Of a stretch of 64,000 nt of DNA, positions 1-8,697 are shown one piece after another. Under the pieces are notes generated by a model. It did not search any database. It had not been told where the DNA came from and saw only the letters and a list, made by a program, of their open reading frames with translations. The stretch is from assembly GCA_963840565.1 (NCBI GenBank), contig CAWIZH010000003.1, positions 150,210-214,209 on the forward strand. The letters are read 5' to 3'. Both the position numbers and the translations under genes were made by a program. Numbering within the stretch: position 1 is the stretch's first letter; every line of letters starts with the position of its first letter. This stretch comes from an uncultured Solirubrobacterales bacterium. Lineage in GTDB: Bacteria; Actinomycetota; Thermoleophilia; Solirubrobacterales; 70-9.

Positions 1-675
1 GACCAGCCGCTGCGGACCAAGACTATCCAGCTGCACCCGAGCTACGGGTACGAGGAGTTCGTCGAGGGGCTGCGCCCGATGGCGGATGGGAAAGGGGCGA
101 TTACGTTCAAGCGGGTCAACGGGACGATCCTCCAGATGGCCGAAGACATGGAAGGGTCCGACGAGACGAGGGTCCTCGTGATCGACGAGCTGAACCGGGC
201 GAACATCCCCCGCGTTTTCGGCGAGCTCCTATTCCTCCTTGAGTACCGCGACAAGACAATCGATCTGCAGTTCTCCCCCGGCTTCTCGCTGCCCACGAAC
301 CTCAAGGTAATCGCGACGATGAACACCGCCGACCGCAGCACCCGCAGCATCGACTTCGCGCTGCGGCGCAGGTTCGAGATCTTCGAGTGTCCTCCCCGCC
401 CCGACATCCTCGCGGCCTACTATGACGACGGCTCGCACAGCACCGGCGTGCCCGAACTCGATGCTGGCTTCGCCAAGTTCAACGAGGAGCTGGGCGCCCA
501 GCTCGACCGGCACCACACCGTTGGCCATTCCTTCTTCATGCGCGACCTTTTCACCGCCGACCACCTCCGCCGCATCTGGGATCGACAGATCCGGCCGCTG
601 CTCGAGGACTACTTCTTCGACCAGGAAAACCTGGTCGACCACTACAAACCAGAGAGATACTGGCCTGACGCCTGA
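1..675 (+). CDS. mcrB: McrB-like AAA+ GTPase subunit of a McrBC type IV restriction system (5' end outside window)
   Basis: Frame is open from nt 1 (DQPLRTKTIQLHPSYGYEEFVEGLRP...). VLVIDELNRANIPRVFGELLFLLEYR and NLKVIATMNTADRS resemble the McrB/MoxR AAA+ core. A McrC-like gene follows. Confidence 0.8.
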   Translation, partial: DQPLRTKTIQLHPSYGYEEFVEGLRPMADGKGAITFKRVNGTILQMAEDMEGSDETRVLVIDELNRANIPRVFGELLFLLEYRDKTIDLQFSPGFSLPTNLKVIATMNTADRSTRSIDFALRRRFEIFECPPRPDILAAYYDDGSHSTGVPELDAGFAKFNEELGAQLDRHHTVGHSFFMRDLFTADHLRRIWDRQIRPLLEDYFFDQENLVDHYKPERYWPDA

Positions 676-1885
676 ACTGCGAAACGAGCTCCTCGTCGAG
701 TCAGACTGGAAGGAGCTGAAAGAGCTGACGGAGGCTCAGGTCGAGGGGCTCCGGCAAGCCGGCAGGGACCTTGCGAAGGGGACCGGGCGCTTCGGCGAAA
801 AGATTGAGGACTCCGACTCCTCGCTGGTCAGGGTTGAGAGACTGGCCGGCGACATCGCGCGGGTGAAAGTGCTCGACGCCGTCGGGATGGTGGCCGTTGA
901 CGGGCTGCAGCTGACCATCGAGCCGAAGATCCCCCAGCAACACTTCCTCGACATTGTCTCCCGCTCAAGCCGCCTCCCGGAGATCGCGACCTTGCCGGGA
1001 GAACTCAAAGGTGGCACGCACTTCGCCACCCTGGTCTGCCAGTGGTTCCTGGTCACCGTCGAGCGGATCCTCGCCGAGGGCCTACTTCGCGACTACCGCG
1101 CGGTCTGCGAGGAGACGGGGGCGGTGCGGGGCCGCCTGCTCAGGCTCCCAACCGTCCGGCTCTTCTATCGGGGGCGCCTGGCTGTGGCTGCGGAATTCGA
1201 GGAGTTCGATCATGACAACTCGCTCAACAGGGTGCTGCTGGCAGGCACACGGATCCTCGTCGGAGCGTCGTTTCTGCCCGAACACCTCCGTCGCCGGGCA
1301 CTCAGGGCAGCAGCTCGAATGGAAGGGGTGGGTGAGATGGCCCCTGCCGATCTCGACGCGGTGATCGATCGCCAAAGCTCTTACTATCGCGACGGCTTCC
1401 TCCTGGCCAAGGAGGTCATCGCCGCCTCTGGGCGCTCGCTGCGGCGAGGGGATAGGAGGAGCTGGACCTTCCTCTTCCGGACGCCGATCCCAGTCGAGGA
1501 AGGTCTCCGCTCGATAATCCGCGACGGGCTGCACCCGGTGGCGGTTCGCAACACCTCGGTGGCTCTGGGAGGGACCGCAATGAGAGTTCACCCCGACCTC
1601 GTCATCGGCGATTTGGCCGTGATTGGAGACGTCAAGTACAAGACCGACAGGCCCGACTGGGACCGCGGCGACCTCTATCAGGTGGTCGCGTTCGCGACCG
1701 CAGCGGGAGTCGAAACCGTCGTCCTCGTCGATTTCCGCCGTCCGGACGTCGGCGTTCTCGATCCGGTCTGGTTCGACAAGGTAAGGGTGTCTAACGTCTC
1801 CTGGCCAACCGATTCCACTCGCTCGCCCGGCGAGGCGGCCACGACGTTCGTCACCGAACTGAAGGCGGCCATCAGTGACCCGTGA
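665..1885 (+). CDS. mcrC: McrC-like PD-(D/E)xK nuclease subunit
   Basis: LQLTIEPKIP and HPDLVIGDLAVIGDVKYK (D...DxK) motifs, lying directly after the mcrB stop at 673-675. There is no ATG/GTG/TTG in frame between 422 and GTG 863, so the start is uncertain (CTG 665 assumed). Confidence 0.65.
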   Translation: MTPELRNELLVESDWKELKELTEAQVEGLRQAGRDLAKGTGRFGEKIEDSDSSLVRVERLAGDIARVKVLDAVGMVAVDGLQLTIEPKIPQQHFLDIVSRSSRLPEIATLPGELKGGTHFATLVCQWFLVTVERILAEGLLRDYRAVCEETGAVRGRLLRLPTVRLFYRGRLAVAAEFEEFDHDNSLNRVLLAGTRILVGASFLPEHLRRRALRAAARMEGVGEMAPADLDAVIDRQSSYYRDGFLLAKEVIAASGRSLRRGDRRSWTFLFRTPIPVEEGLRSIIRDGLHPVAVRNTSVALGGTAMRVHPDLVIGDLAVIGDVKYKTDRPDWDRGDLYQVVAFATAAGVETVVLVDFRRPDVGVLDPVWFDKVRVSNVSWPTDSTRSPGEAATTFVTELKAAISDP

Positions 1886-2524
1886 GCGCCCAGAGTCCCA
1901 CTCCCAGACTTTCTGTCAGGGAGCCGGATAAGCCAGCCCGACAACACTAAGCTCGATCCTTATGGACTGGATCAGTGCGGCAATCGCCGGTGCGAGTGCA
2001 ATCGGTGGCGGCATCGTGGTGGCGGTTTCCAACTCCCGGATCCGCAAGACCGACGCTGAAGAGAGGACGCGAGTGGCTCTACTCTCTCGGCCGTCGTCGG
2101 CTATCTCCACATGCTCGAATTGATCGGCCTGGAGGCAGCCCGCCCAGCTCAGGTCGCGCCGTCTCAGCACTCAACAGATTCATCGAGCGACGGTCCCGCA
2201 GCTCGATTACACCACGGGGCGTCTGCATGAAGCGATCTTTACTCCGCACCTGCGCGACCTCATGCATCGCTATTCCTTGGCCGCGAATCAATTGTTGATG
2301 GTCGCTCCGCGCGAGTTGCTCGAGGCCGTGCAGAGAGTGAACGAGCTCCTCAAGGAATTCGAGGGACCCGACCAGGGTTGGATCGAGGAATGGCAGGAGG
2401 CGCGCGGGCAGCTGGTGCGGACCTGTCGGGATATCGTGGGTCCAGAGGCTTCCTAGGATCCCGTCCTCCGCGTGAATGCTTGCCCTTACGGGGAATCGGT
2501 CGCCGGATGCAGGGGACGCTTATA

Positions 2525-2597
2525 TGGCGAGGGCGGGATTCGAACCCGCGACACCACGATTTTCAGTCGTGTGCTCTACCAACTGAGCTACCTCGCC
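2525..2597 (-). tRNA. tRNA-Phe (anticodon GAA), CCA not encoded
   Basis: The reverse complement GGCGAGGTAGCTCAGTTGGTAGAGCACACGACTGAAAATCGTGGTGTCGCGGGTTCGAATCCCGCCCTCGCCA folds as a 73-nt cloverleaf. The anticodon loop is CTGAAAA and the T-loop is TTCGAAT. Confidence 0.93.
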
Positions 2598-2671
2598 TGG
2601 AAACGCAAGGCTGCGCCCTGCAGCGGGAAGGCTAGCGACCGGAGGGCGACGGGGCTGATTGCATTCAGCCG

Positions 2672-3760
2672 ATGAAATCGTTGTCGGTAGCGATCGGGTT
2701 GGTGGCCCTGCTCGCCATCGGCGCGGTTCTTGCTTCGGGGGGATCGGGGACCGACTCGGTTCGGCAGCGCTATCTGTCTGAGAGCAACGCGCTGCGGACG
2801 GTGTCCCGGTTCGGGACGAAGCGGACCGTGACCGTCCGCTCGTTGGGCAAACCCGATGCCGTCGGTCCCGATCCCCGTTGGCTCGCGGCAGCCCGACCGT
2901 TGGGCCCCGGTGCGCCAAGCTGGGCGCGGCGAATGTATGGGCGATCGCTGCTTGTCCTGCGCGCTCTCACCGACCCGCGAAGCGGAGCGGTCCTCGCCGG
3001 TGCCCGTGACGGCTGGGCCTACGCCTGGCCCCGCGACGCGAGCGCCGTAGCGATCGCGCTTGCCGTGGCGGGGTACCGGGGCGAGGCGAGGCGCATTGTG
3101 GGATTCCTGCGCGGGCTCGACCTCGGAGCCGCCGCTCGGTTCCAGCCCGATGGCACCCCCGTCGACGGACGCGATGCTCAGGGCGACGCCGCCGGGTGGA
3201 TCGCGGCGGCCGCCAGTGCGGCGGGACTACCGAGCGCGCCGATCAAGCCACCCTGGCAAGGGCTCGACGACTACCAGGAGAACGGCGGCGGCGATTTCCT
3301 CGCCAACGCGATCGCCTCTGGCGCATGGCACATTCGAGCGCTGTTCGAGACGCCCTCGGGGACGTTGTCCCGTCGCGCCGATGATCCCGGCTCGGGGCTC
3401 GACTCAGCCGCGGCCTGGGCGGTGCGTCCCTTCTCCGATCCCGCGCTTTACCCGCTCGTACGGCGGACGCTGCTGCGACTCGCCGCACGCAGCGGGCGCT
3501 TCGGGATCCTCCCCTCCGAAAGCTGGGGCGGCGGGGGCAACCCATGGACCGCCCCGACTGCGTGGACGGCCTGGAGCCTCGCCGCGCTCGGGGAGCGGCG
3601 CGCGGCACTTCACCTGATGGCCGAGCTCCGCCGCGCGGCCACGCCGACCGGAATGCTGCCCGAGAGGGTCGACGCGCACAGTGGCATTCCAACCTCGACC
3701 ACGCCGCTCGCCTGGTCGCACGCCTTCGCAATCCTCGCCCTACGCGAACTCTGGCCGTGA
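2672..3760 (+). CDS. exported glycoside hydrolase family 15-like (glucoamylase-type) protein
   Basis: N-terminal signal/TM segment MKSLSVAIGLVALLAIGAVLASGG. GWAYAWPRDAS, WTAPTAWTAW and PLAWSHAF motifs resemble the (alpha/alpha)6 GH15 fold. Confidence 0.6.
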   Translation: MKSLSVAIGLVALLAIGAVLASGGSGTDSVRQRYLSESNALRTVSRFGTKRTVTVRSLGKPDAVGPDPRWLAAARPLGPGAPSWARRMYGRSLLVLRALTDPRSGAVLAGARDGWAYAWPRDASAVAIALAVAGYRGEARRIVGFLRGLDLGAAARFQPDGTPVDGRDAQGDAAGWIAAAASAAGLPSAPIKPPWQGLDDYQENGGGDFLANAIASGAWHIRALFETPSGTLSRRADDPGSGLDSAAAWAVRPFSDPALYPLVRRTLLRLAARSGRFGILPSESWGGGGNPWTAPTAWTAWSLAALGERRAALHLMAELRRAATPTGMLPERVDAHSGIPTSTTPLAWSHAFAILALRELWP

Positions 3761-3806
3761 ACTGCATCAACTTCTACGCCCAACAGGCCGAGAAGTTGAT
3801 GCAGTT
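3760..3806. terminator. 16-bp stem hairpin between convergent genes (candidate bidirectional terminator)
   Basis: AACTGCATCAACTTCT (3760-3775) is perfectly complementary to AGAAGTTGATGCAGTT (3791-3806), with a 15-nt loop. It starts at the last base of the GH15 TGA. Confidence 0.6.
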
Positions 3807-3825
3807 GACTGGGGCCCCGGCGACC

Positions 3826-4593
3826 TCAGTCGGGACGGCGCCAACGCGCCAGCCAGTAGCGCTGGTGCAGGCGGCGACCCTTCTCGCCACTGGTGACGTG
3901 GAAACTCTCGGCTCCCTCGGGTCGCTGTGCCAGTAGTTCGTCGACCAGTGGGGCCGCGGCGCGCCCGCCGGAGCCCCGCGCCAGCCAGTCCTCGAAGTCG
4001 ATGTCGAGTGGGATCAGCTGCTCCTGATCGAGCGTCAATCCCGCCTCGGCGCCCATCGCTCGCAGCTGCTTCGGCGTGCGGCAGAGCCAGTGCGAGGGAT
4101 CGCGCAGCCGCTCGATCTCCTCGCGCCACAAGGCGCCCTCGCCGTCGGCCTCGTCAGCGACGAGGTCGCCGACGACGATCCAGCCACCGGGGCGTACGAC
4201 GCGGGCCATCTCGGCGACTACCCGTCCCGGCAGCGGGATGTGGTGCAGGCTGAGGCGGGTCACGGCCCCGTCGAACGAGGCGTCGGCGAGCTCAAGCGCG
4301 GTGGCGTCGCCGACGTCGAAGCTCGCGTTCGCGATCCCCTCGTCCACCGCGCCCCGCTTAGCCTGCTCGAGCATCGCCGGGGTCAGGTCGACGCCCGTGA
4401 CGGAGCCGACCTTGCTGGCCAGCGCCCGCGAGACCAGGCCGGTGCCGCAGGCCGACTCGAGCCAGCGAGCGTCGGCGTCCTCGGGAACCAGCTCGACCAG
4501 CGCACCGAGGGTCTCGGCCGAGGTCATCACCGCAGCCTTGCCGAACGCGCCGGACTGGTGGGTGAACTCCTCGCGAATCGAGTCCTCGTACAT
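3826..4593 (-). CDS. class I SAM-dependent methyltransferase
   Basis: SAM-binding motif LESACGTGLVS, then GVDLTPAML and VVRPGGWIVVGDL. It lies 9 nt downstream of the helicase gene on the same strand. Confidence 0.75.
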   Translation of the reverse strand: MYEDSIREEFTHQSGAFGKAAVMTSAETLGALVELVPEDADARWLESACGTGLVSRALASKVGSVTGVDLTPAMLEQAKRGAVDEGIANASFDVGDATALELADASFDGAVTRLSLHHIPLPGRVVAEMARVVRPGGWIVVGDLVADEADGEGALWREEIERLRDPSHWLCRTPKQLRAMGAEAGLTLDQEQLIPLDIDFEDWLARGSGGRAAAPLVDELLAQRPEGAESFHVTSGEKGRRLHQRYWLARWRRPD

Positions 4594-4602
4594 CGATTCA
4601 GC

Positions 4603-6876
4603 CTAGCCCGAGTCGGCCATCGTCCGCATCAGCTCCAGCGCCCCGGCCTTGTGCAGCGGTTCGTTGAGGTTGCCGCACTTCGGGCTCTGCACGCAGGAGG
4701 GGCAGCCGGACTCGCAGGGGCACTCGGCGATCAGCCGCTCGGCGTCGCCGAGTAGGCGCTCGAACTGCTCGTAGCCGCGCAGCGTGATCCCGACCCCGCC
4801 GGGGTGGCCGTCGTAGATGAAGATCGTCGAGCGGCCGGTCTGGAAGTGGACGTTGGTCGAGAGGCCGCCGATGTCCCAGCGGTCGCACATCGCGATCAGC
4901 GGCAGCACCGCGATCTGACCGTGCTCGGTCGCGTGCAGGGAGCCGAGCAGGACGTCGGGCGGCAGCGCCCCGGCGAGCCGGTCGGGCAGGACGTACCAGA
5001 GCGCCTGGGTGGCGAACTGCTGCTCGGGCAGCTCGAGCGCGACGATGTCGAAGGGCTCCTGATCGGCGATCGAGACCCGCTGGTAGGCGATCACCTGCTC
5101 GGTCACCGATACCTCGCCGAAATGCAGATCGACCCCGGAGGTCGTGCGCTGCTCGCGGATCCGCTCGATGTAGATCTCAGTCTCCTTCTTCGGCCGCGTG
5201 TACCAGTCGCCGTCAAAGGCGGAAACGACCGCGCGCCGGCCGGCGATGTCGAGTTGCTCGACCTCGTAGGAGCGGCCGAGGTGGAGGTAGATCGCGCCCG
5301 GATGGATCGTGGTGAAGGCGCGCTCGGACTCGACCAAGCCGAGCATCTCACCCGAGTCGCGCTCGATCACGGCGACCGAGTCGGTCGAGGCCGAGCGCAG
5401 CGGGATCTTGGCGGCGACGAACTCGCTGCCGCCCGGCAGCATCCGCCCCCCTGCCCGGCGCAGCTCACCCGCCGCGGCCAGCCGCTCGGAGCGCTCACGC
5501 CAGCCCGCGCCAAAGAACTCGCCGTCGTCCTCGCCCAGCGGCAACTCGTAGGCGGCCGCGATCAGGTGCCGCGAGGCGATCTGCTCGTTGGCGTGGTCGA
5601 GGATCGCCGCCTCGACCGGCCGGCCGATGAACTCGTCGGGGTGGCGGCAGAAGAACTGGTCGAGCGCGTCCTGGCCGGCGACGTAGACGGCGAGGCCGCG
5701 GCGGCGACGCCCGGCCCGGCCCCACATCTGGCGCAGGCTGGCCACGGTGCCGGGGAAGGTGACGCAGATCGCCGCGTCGAGCTCTCCGATATCGATCCCC
5801 AGCTCAAGCGCATCGGTGGCGACGACCGCGAGCAGCTCGCCGTCGGAGAGCCGCTGCTCGATCTCGCGCCGCTGCTGCGAGGTGTAGCCGCCCCGGTAGG
5901 GCGCGATCCGCGCCGCCAGCTCCGGCTTGCCGCGCGCCTCCAGCGACTCGCGGGCGAAGCGCTGGATCAGCTCGATCCCGCGCCGGCTCTTGAGGAAGCA
6001 GATCGTCCGCACGCCGTGGCTGACCAGCTCGGCGAGCAGGTCGGCCGCCTCGGAGAGCGCCGAGCGCCGCGTCCCGGTCGCCTTGTCGATCAACGGCGGG
6101 TTCCACATCGCGATCTCGCGCCCGGCGCCAGGCGCGCCGTCGTCGTCGATCAGCTCGAAGGGCGTGCCGACAAGCTCCTCGGCGAGGCCGACCGGGTTGG
6201 CGATCGTCGCCGAAGCGAGCAGGAAGCGCGGCTCGGCCCCGTAGGCGCGCGCCACCCGTCGCAGCCGCCGCAGCACGTTGGCGACGTGGGAACCGAAGAC
6301 GCCGCGGTAGGTGTGCGCCTCATCGACGACGACCCAGCCGAGGTTGGCGATGAAGTCGCCCCAGCTCTTGTGGTTGGGCAGGATGCCGACGTGCAGCATG
6401 TCGGGGTTGGTGAGGACGAGGTTGCTTTTGCGGCGGATCGCCGGGCGCTCTTCGCGCGGCGTGTCGCCGTCGTAGATCGCCTCGCGCAGCCCCGGCGGCC
6501 GCAGCGCCCCGAGCTTGCGCGCCTGGTCCTGGGCCAGCGCCTTGGTCGGGTAGAGGTAGAGCGCCCGCCGCTTCGAATCGCGAGCGATCCCGTCGAGCAC
6601 CGGCAGGTTGAAGGCGAGACTCTTGCCCGAGGCGGTGCCGCTGGTGATCACCAGGTCCGAGGAGGCGGCAGCCTCCAGCGCCTGGCGCTGGTGCGAGTAG
6701 AGCCGCTCGACCCCGGCGCGCTTCAGCGCTTCGACGAAGCCGGGATCGAGCGAGCGCGGCAGCGCCACCGTCCGCGCCTTGCGCTCCTCCTCGCTCGACT
6801 CGGCGACGATCCGCCCGTCGCGCCGCGCGGGGTCGATAGCCACCGACCAAGGCGCCTCCAGCAGGCTCTTCGCCAC
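4603..6876 (-). CDS. DEAD/DEAH-box helicase with C-terminal four-Cys DUF1998 domain (MrfA/YprA-like)
   Basis: Motif I TSGTASGKS, motif II VVDEAH, and C-terminal CPCESGCPSCVQSPKCGN. The GTG start at 6876 overlaps the folP TAG by 1 nt. The longer ATG-7041 ORF would overlap folP by 166 nt. Confidence 0.8.
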   Translation of the reverse strand: MAKSLLEAPWSVAIDPARRDGRIVAESSEEERKARTVALPRSLDPGFVEALKRAGVERLYSHQRQALEAAASSDLVITSGTASGKSLAFNLPVLDGIARDSKRRALYLYPTKALAQDQARKLGALRPPGLREAIYDGDTPREERPAIRRKSNLVLTNPDMLHVGILPNHKSWGDFIANLGWVVVDEAHTYRGVFGSHVANVLRRLRRVARAYGAEPRFLLASATIANPVGLAEELVGTPFELIDDDGAPGAGREIAMWNPPLIDKATGTRRSALSEAADLLAELVSHGVRTICFLKSRRGIELIQRFARESLEARGKPELAARIAPYRGGYTSQQRREIEQRLSDGELLAVVATDALELGIDIGELDAAICVTFPGTVASLRQMWGRAGRRRRGLAVYVAGQDALDQFFCRHPDEFIGRPVEAAILDHANEQIASRHLIAAAYELPLGEDDGEFFGAGWRERSERLAAAGELRRAGGRMLPGGSEFVAAKIPLRSASTDSVAVIERDSGEMLGLVESERAFTTIHPGAIYLHLGRSYEVEQLDIAGRRAVVSAFDGDWYTRPKKETEIYIERIREQRTTSGVDLHFGEVSVTEQVIAYQRVSIADQEPFDIVALELPEQQFATQALWYVLPDRLAGALPPDVLLGSLHATEHGQIAVLPLIAMCDRWDIGGLSTNVHFQTGRSTIFIYDGHPGGVGITLRGYEQFERLLGDAERLIAECPCESGCPSCVQSPKCGNLNEPLHKAGALELMRTMADSG

Positions 6877-7724
6877 TAGGCGCGACTCCGGACCGGCCGC
6901 GCGACGCGCCCCGCGACCCGCATCGCCTGCAAGGAGCTGCGGTCGTGGATGCGGAGGACGTCGGCACCGCCGCGCACCGCCAGCGCCGTCGCGGCGACCG
7001 TCCCCCACTCGCGCTCCCCCGGCGGCAGCCGCTCCTCCCACGATCCGGCCAACACCGCACCGATGAAGTCCTTGCGCGAGAGCGAGACGTAGAGCGGCAG
7101 GCCGAGCGCGGCCAGCTCAGGCAGGCGCCGCAGGATCTCCAGGTCCTGCTCGGTGCCGAGGTCGAAGTCGAGTCCGGGGTCGATCGCGATCTGCTCCTCG
7201 GATACCCCAAGCCTTTGGGCCAGCTCGATTCTCCCCCCGAACCAGAACTTCAGGTGCTCGACCACGTCGCCGTAGTCGCCCGGCGCCCGGTCGACCCGCG
7301 GTGGTCCCTCGATGTGCATCAACACGTAGCCACAGCCGCTCTCGGCAACCAGCTCGAACATCGCCTCCGAGCCACCGGAGATGTCGTTGACCGCGACAGC
7401 CCCAGCCGCCAGCGCCACCCGCGCCACCTCGACCGAGAAGGTGTCGGCGGAGATCGGCACGCCCGCCTCGGCCAGCCCTTCGACCGCCGGCACCAGCGCC
7501 GCCGCCTCGACCTCAGCCGGCACCGGCGGCCCGCTTTTAGCCGCCACAGCCCCGACATCGAGCATGTCGAAGCCCGCCTCGACCAGTTCCAGCCCGTCCT
7601 TCACCGCCTGCTCAGCCGTCCCGCTGCGAGCTCCCTCAAACATCGAGTCGGTAGTCACGTTGACGATCCCAGCCGCCAAAGGCTGCCCAAGCTCCAGCAC
7701 CCGATCAGACAACCGCCACCTCAT
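6876..7724 (-). CDS. folP: dihydropteroate synthase
   Basis: Pterin-binding motifs GIVNVTTDSMF, DMLDVGA, NDISGG, IDPGLDF and SLSRKDF. The ATG at 7724 (MRWRLSDRV...) was chosen; the upstream part of the 390-aa ORF looks non-coding. Confidence 0.85.
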   Translation of the reverse strand: MRWRLSDRVLELGQPLAAGIVNVTTDSMFEGARSGTAEQAVKDGLELVEAGFDMLDVGAVAAKSGPPVPAEVEAAALVPAVEGLAEAGVPISADTFSVEVARVALAAGAVAVNDISGGSEAMFELVAESGCGYVLMHIEGPPRVDRAPGDYGDVVEHLKFWFGGRIELAQRLGVSEEQIAIDPGLDFDLGTEQDLEILRRLPELAALGLPLYVSLSRKDFIGAVLAGSWEERLPPGEREWGTVAATALAVRGGADVLRIHDRSSLQAMRVAGRVARPVRSRA

Positions 7725-7733
7725 ACGGCTCCT

Positions 7734-7817
7734 CGCGCGGGTGGCGCGGGGCAGGGGGGTCGAGGACAGCCCGTGGACTGCCCGCAGGCCCCCCTGCCCC
7801 GTGACAGGACCCGCGCG
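7734..7817. repeat. GC-rich nested palindrome in the divergent folP/HAD spacer
   Basis: CGGGGCAGGGGGG (7747-7759) pairs with CCCCCCTGCCCCG (7789-7801). An outer CGCGCGGG (7734-7741) pairs with CCCGCGCG (7810-7817). Confidence 0.6.
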
Positions 7818-7871
7818 CCGATCCGTGTGAAGTCTCGTCCGTCCACCGACGGCTACCGTAGCGGCCACCGA

Positions 7872-8687
7872 ATGTCGCTGAAGTGCGTCTACACCGACCT
7901 CGACGGGACCCTTCTTGGCAAGGGCGCCTCGCTCTTCCGCGACGCCGAGGGGGGCTTCTCGCTCGCCCAGTCCCGCGGCCTCGAGGCCTGCCAGCGGGCC
8001 GGGGTCGAGGTCGTGATCATGTCCGGCCGCCGCGAGCCCCAGGTCCACGAGTGCGCCCGCCTGATCGGGCAGGCGTCATACATCTACGAGGCCGGCTGCG
8101 CCTTCGCGATCGAGGGAGAGACGACGTTGATGACCGGCGAGATGGTCCCCGACGAGGACGGCACCATCTACGAGAAGATCGAGCAGCGCGGCATCCCAAA
8201 GCTGCTGTTCGGGCACTTCGACGGGCGGCTCGAGTACCACGCGCCCTGGCACACCGGGCGCATCCTCTCCCATCTCTTCCGCGGCAAGGTCGACGTCGAG
8301 GAGGCCAACCGCCTGCTCGAAGCCGAGGGCCACGGCGACCTGCGGCTGCTCGACAACGGCGCGATCGGCCGCGAGATGCCGGCGATCGACGGCCCCACCC
8401 ACGCCTACCACCTGGTCCCCAAAATGGTCAGCAAGGCCGGCGCCGTCGCCGCCCACGCCCGCGTCCGTGGCTACGACCCGGCCGACTGCATCGCCGTCGG
8501 TGACTCGGTCGAGGACCTCGAGGTCGCCGCCGCGGTCGGTCGCTTCTTCGTCGTCGCCAACGGACCCGAGCGCGACCCTGGCCTGCGTGCGACGCTCGGC
8601 AGCTGGGACAACGCCACCGTCACCGAGGGCGCGATGGGTGACGGCTTCTATGAGGCCGTCATCTCGACGCTGGTCGAGCGCCGCTGA
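7872..8687 (+). CDS. HAD-superfamily (Cof/IIB-like) hydrolase
   Basis: Motif I YTDLDGTLLG, IMSGRR and GDSVEDLE. The ATG at 7872 is in frame within the longer 6945-8687 ORF. Confidence 0.7.
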   Translation: MSLKCVYTDLDGTLLGKGASLFRDAEGGFSLAQSRGLEACQRAGVEVVIMSGRREPQVHECARLIGQASYIYEAGCAFAIEGETTLMTGEMVPDEDGTIYEKIEQRGIPKLLFGHFDGRLEYHAPWHTGRILSHLFRGKVDVEEANRLLEAEGHGDLRLLDNGAIGREMPAIDGPTHAYHLVPKMVSKAGAVAAHARVRGYDPADCIAVGDSVEDLEVAAAVGRFFVVANGPERDPGLRATLGSWDNATVTEGAMGDGFYEAVISTLVERR

Positions 8688-8697
8688 GGCTCAGCGG
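8681..8697. repeat. 17-bp perfect palindrome containing both convergent stop codons
   Basis: CCGCTGAGGCTCAGCGG. The TGA of the HAD gene (8685-8687) and the TCA (= TGA of hipA, 8691-8693) sit mirror-symmetrically. Confidence 0.7.

Noticed and set aside
1962-2456. A possible 164-codon gene: MDWISAAIAGASAIGGGIVVAV... (1962-2123) and the 2124-2456 frame (ending ...LLKEFEGPDQGWIEEWQEARGQL...) are in the same frame, separated by one TGA.
   Set aside because: Only the last ~70 codons look protein-like. The middle reads better in other frames, and there is no motif, RBS or context for selenocysteine or read-through. It is most likely a degraded remnant in the island next to tRNA-Phe, which is too weak to call.
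4804-6879. Very long ORFs antisense to, or out of frame with, clear genes. Examples: 4804-6879(+), 20956-22758(+), 36933-38600(+), 62059-63177(-), 45771-47972(+), and many Arg/Pro/Ala-rich ORFs.
   Set aside because: Their translations are low-complexity (R/P/A/G-rich) with no motifs, and they lie opposite well-supported genes. This is the usual stop-codon-poor shadow-frame effect in ~70% GC DNA.
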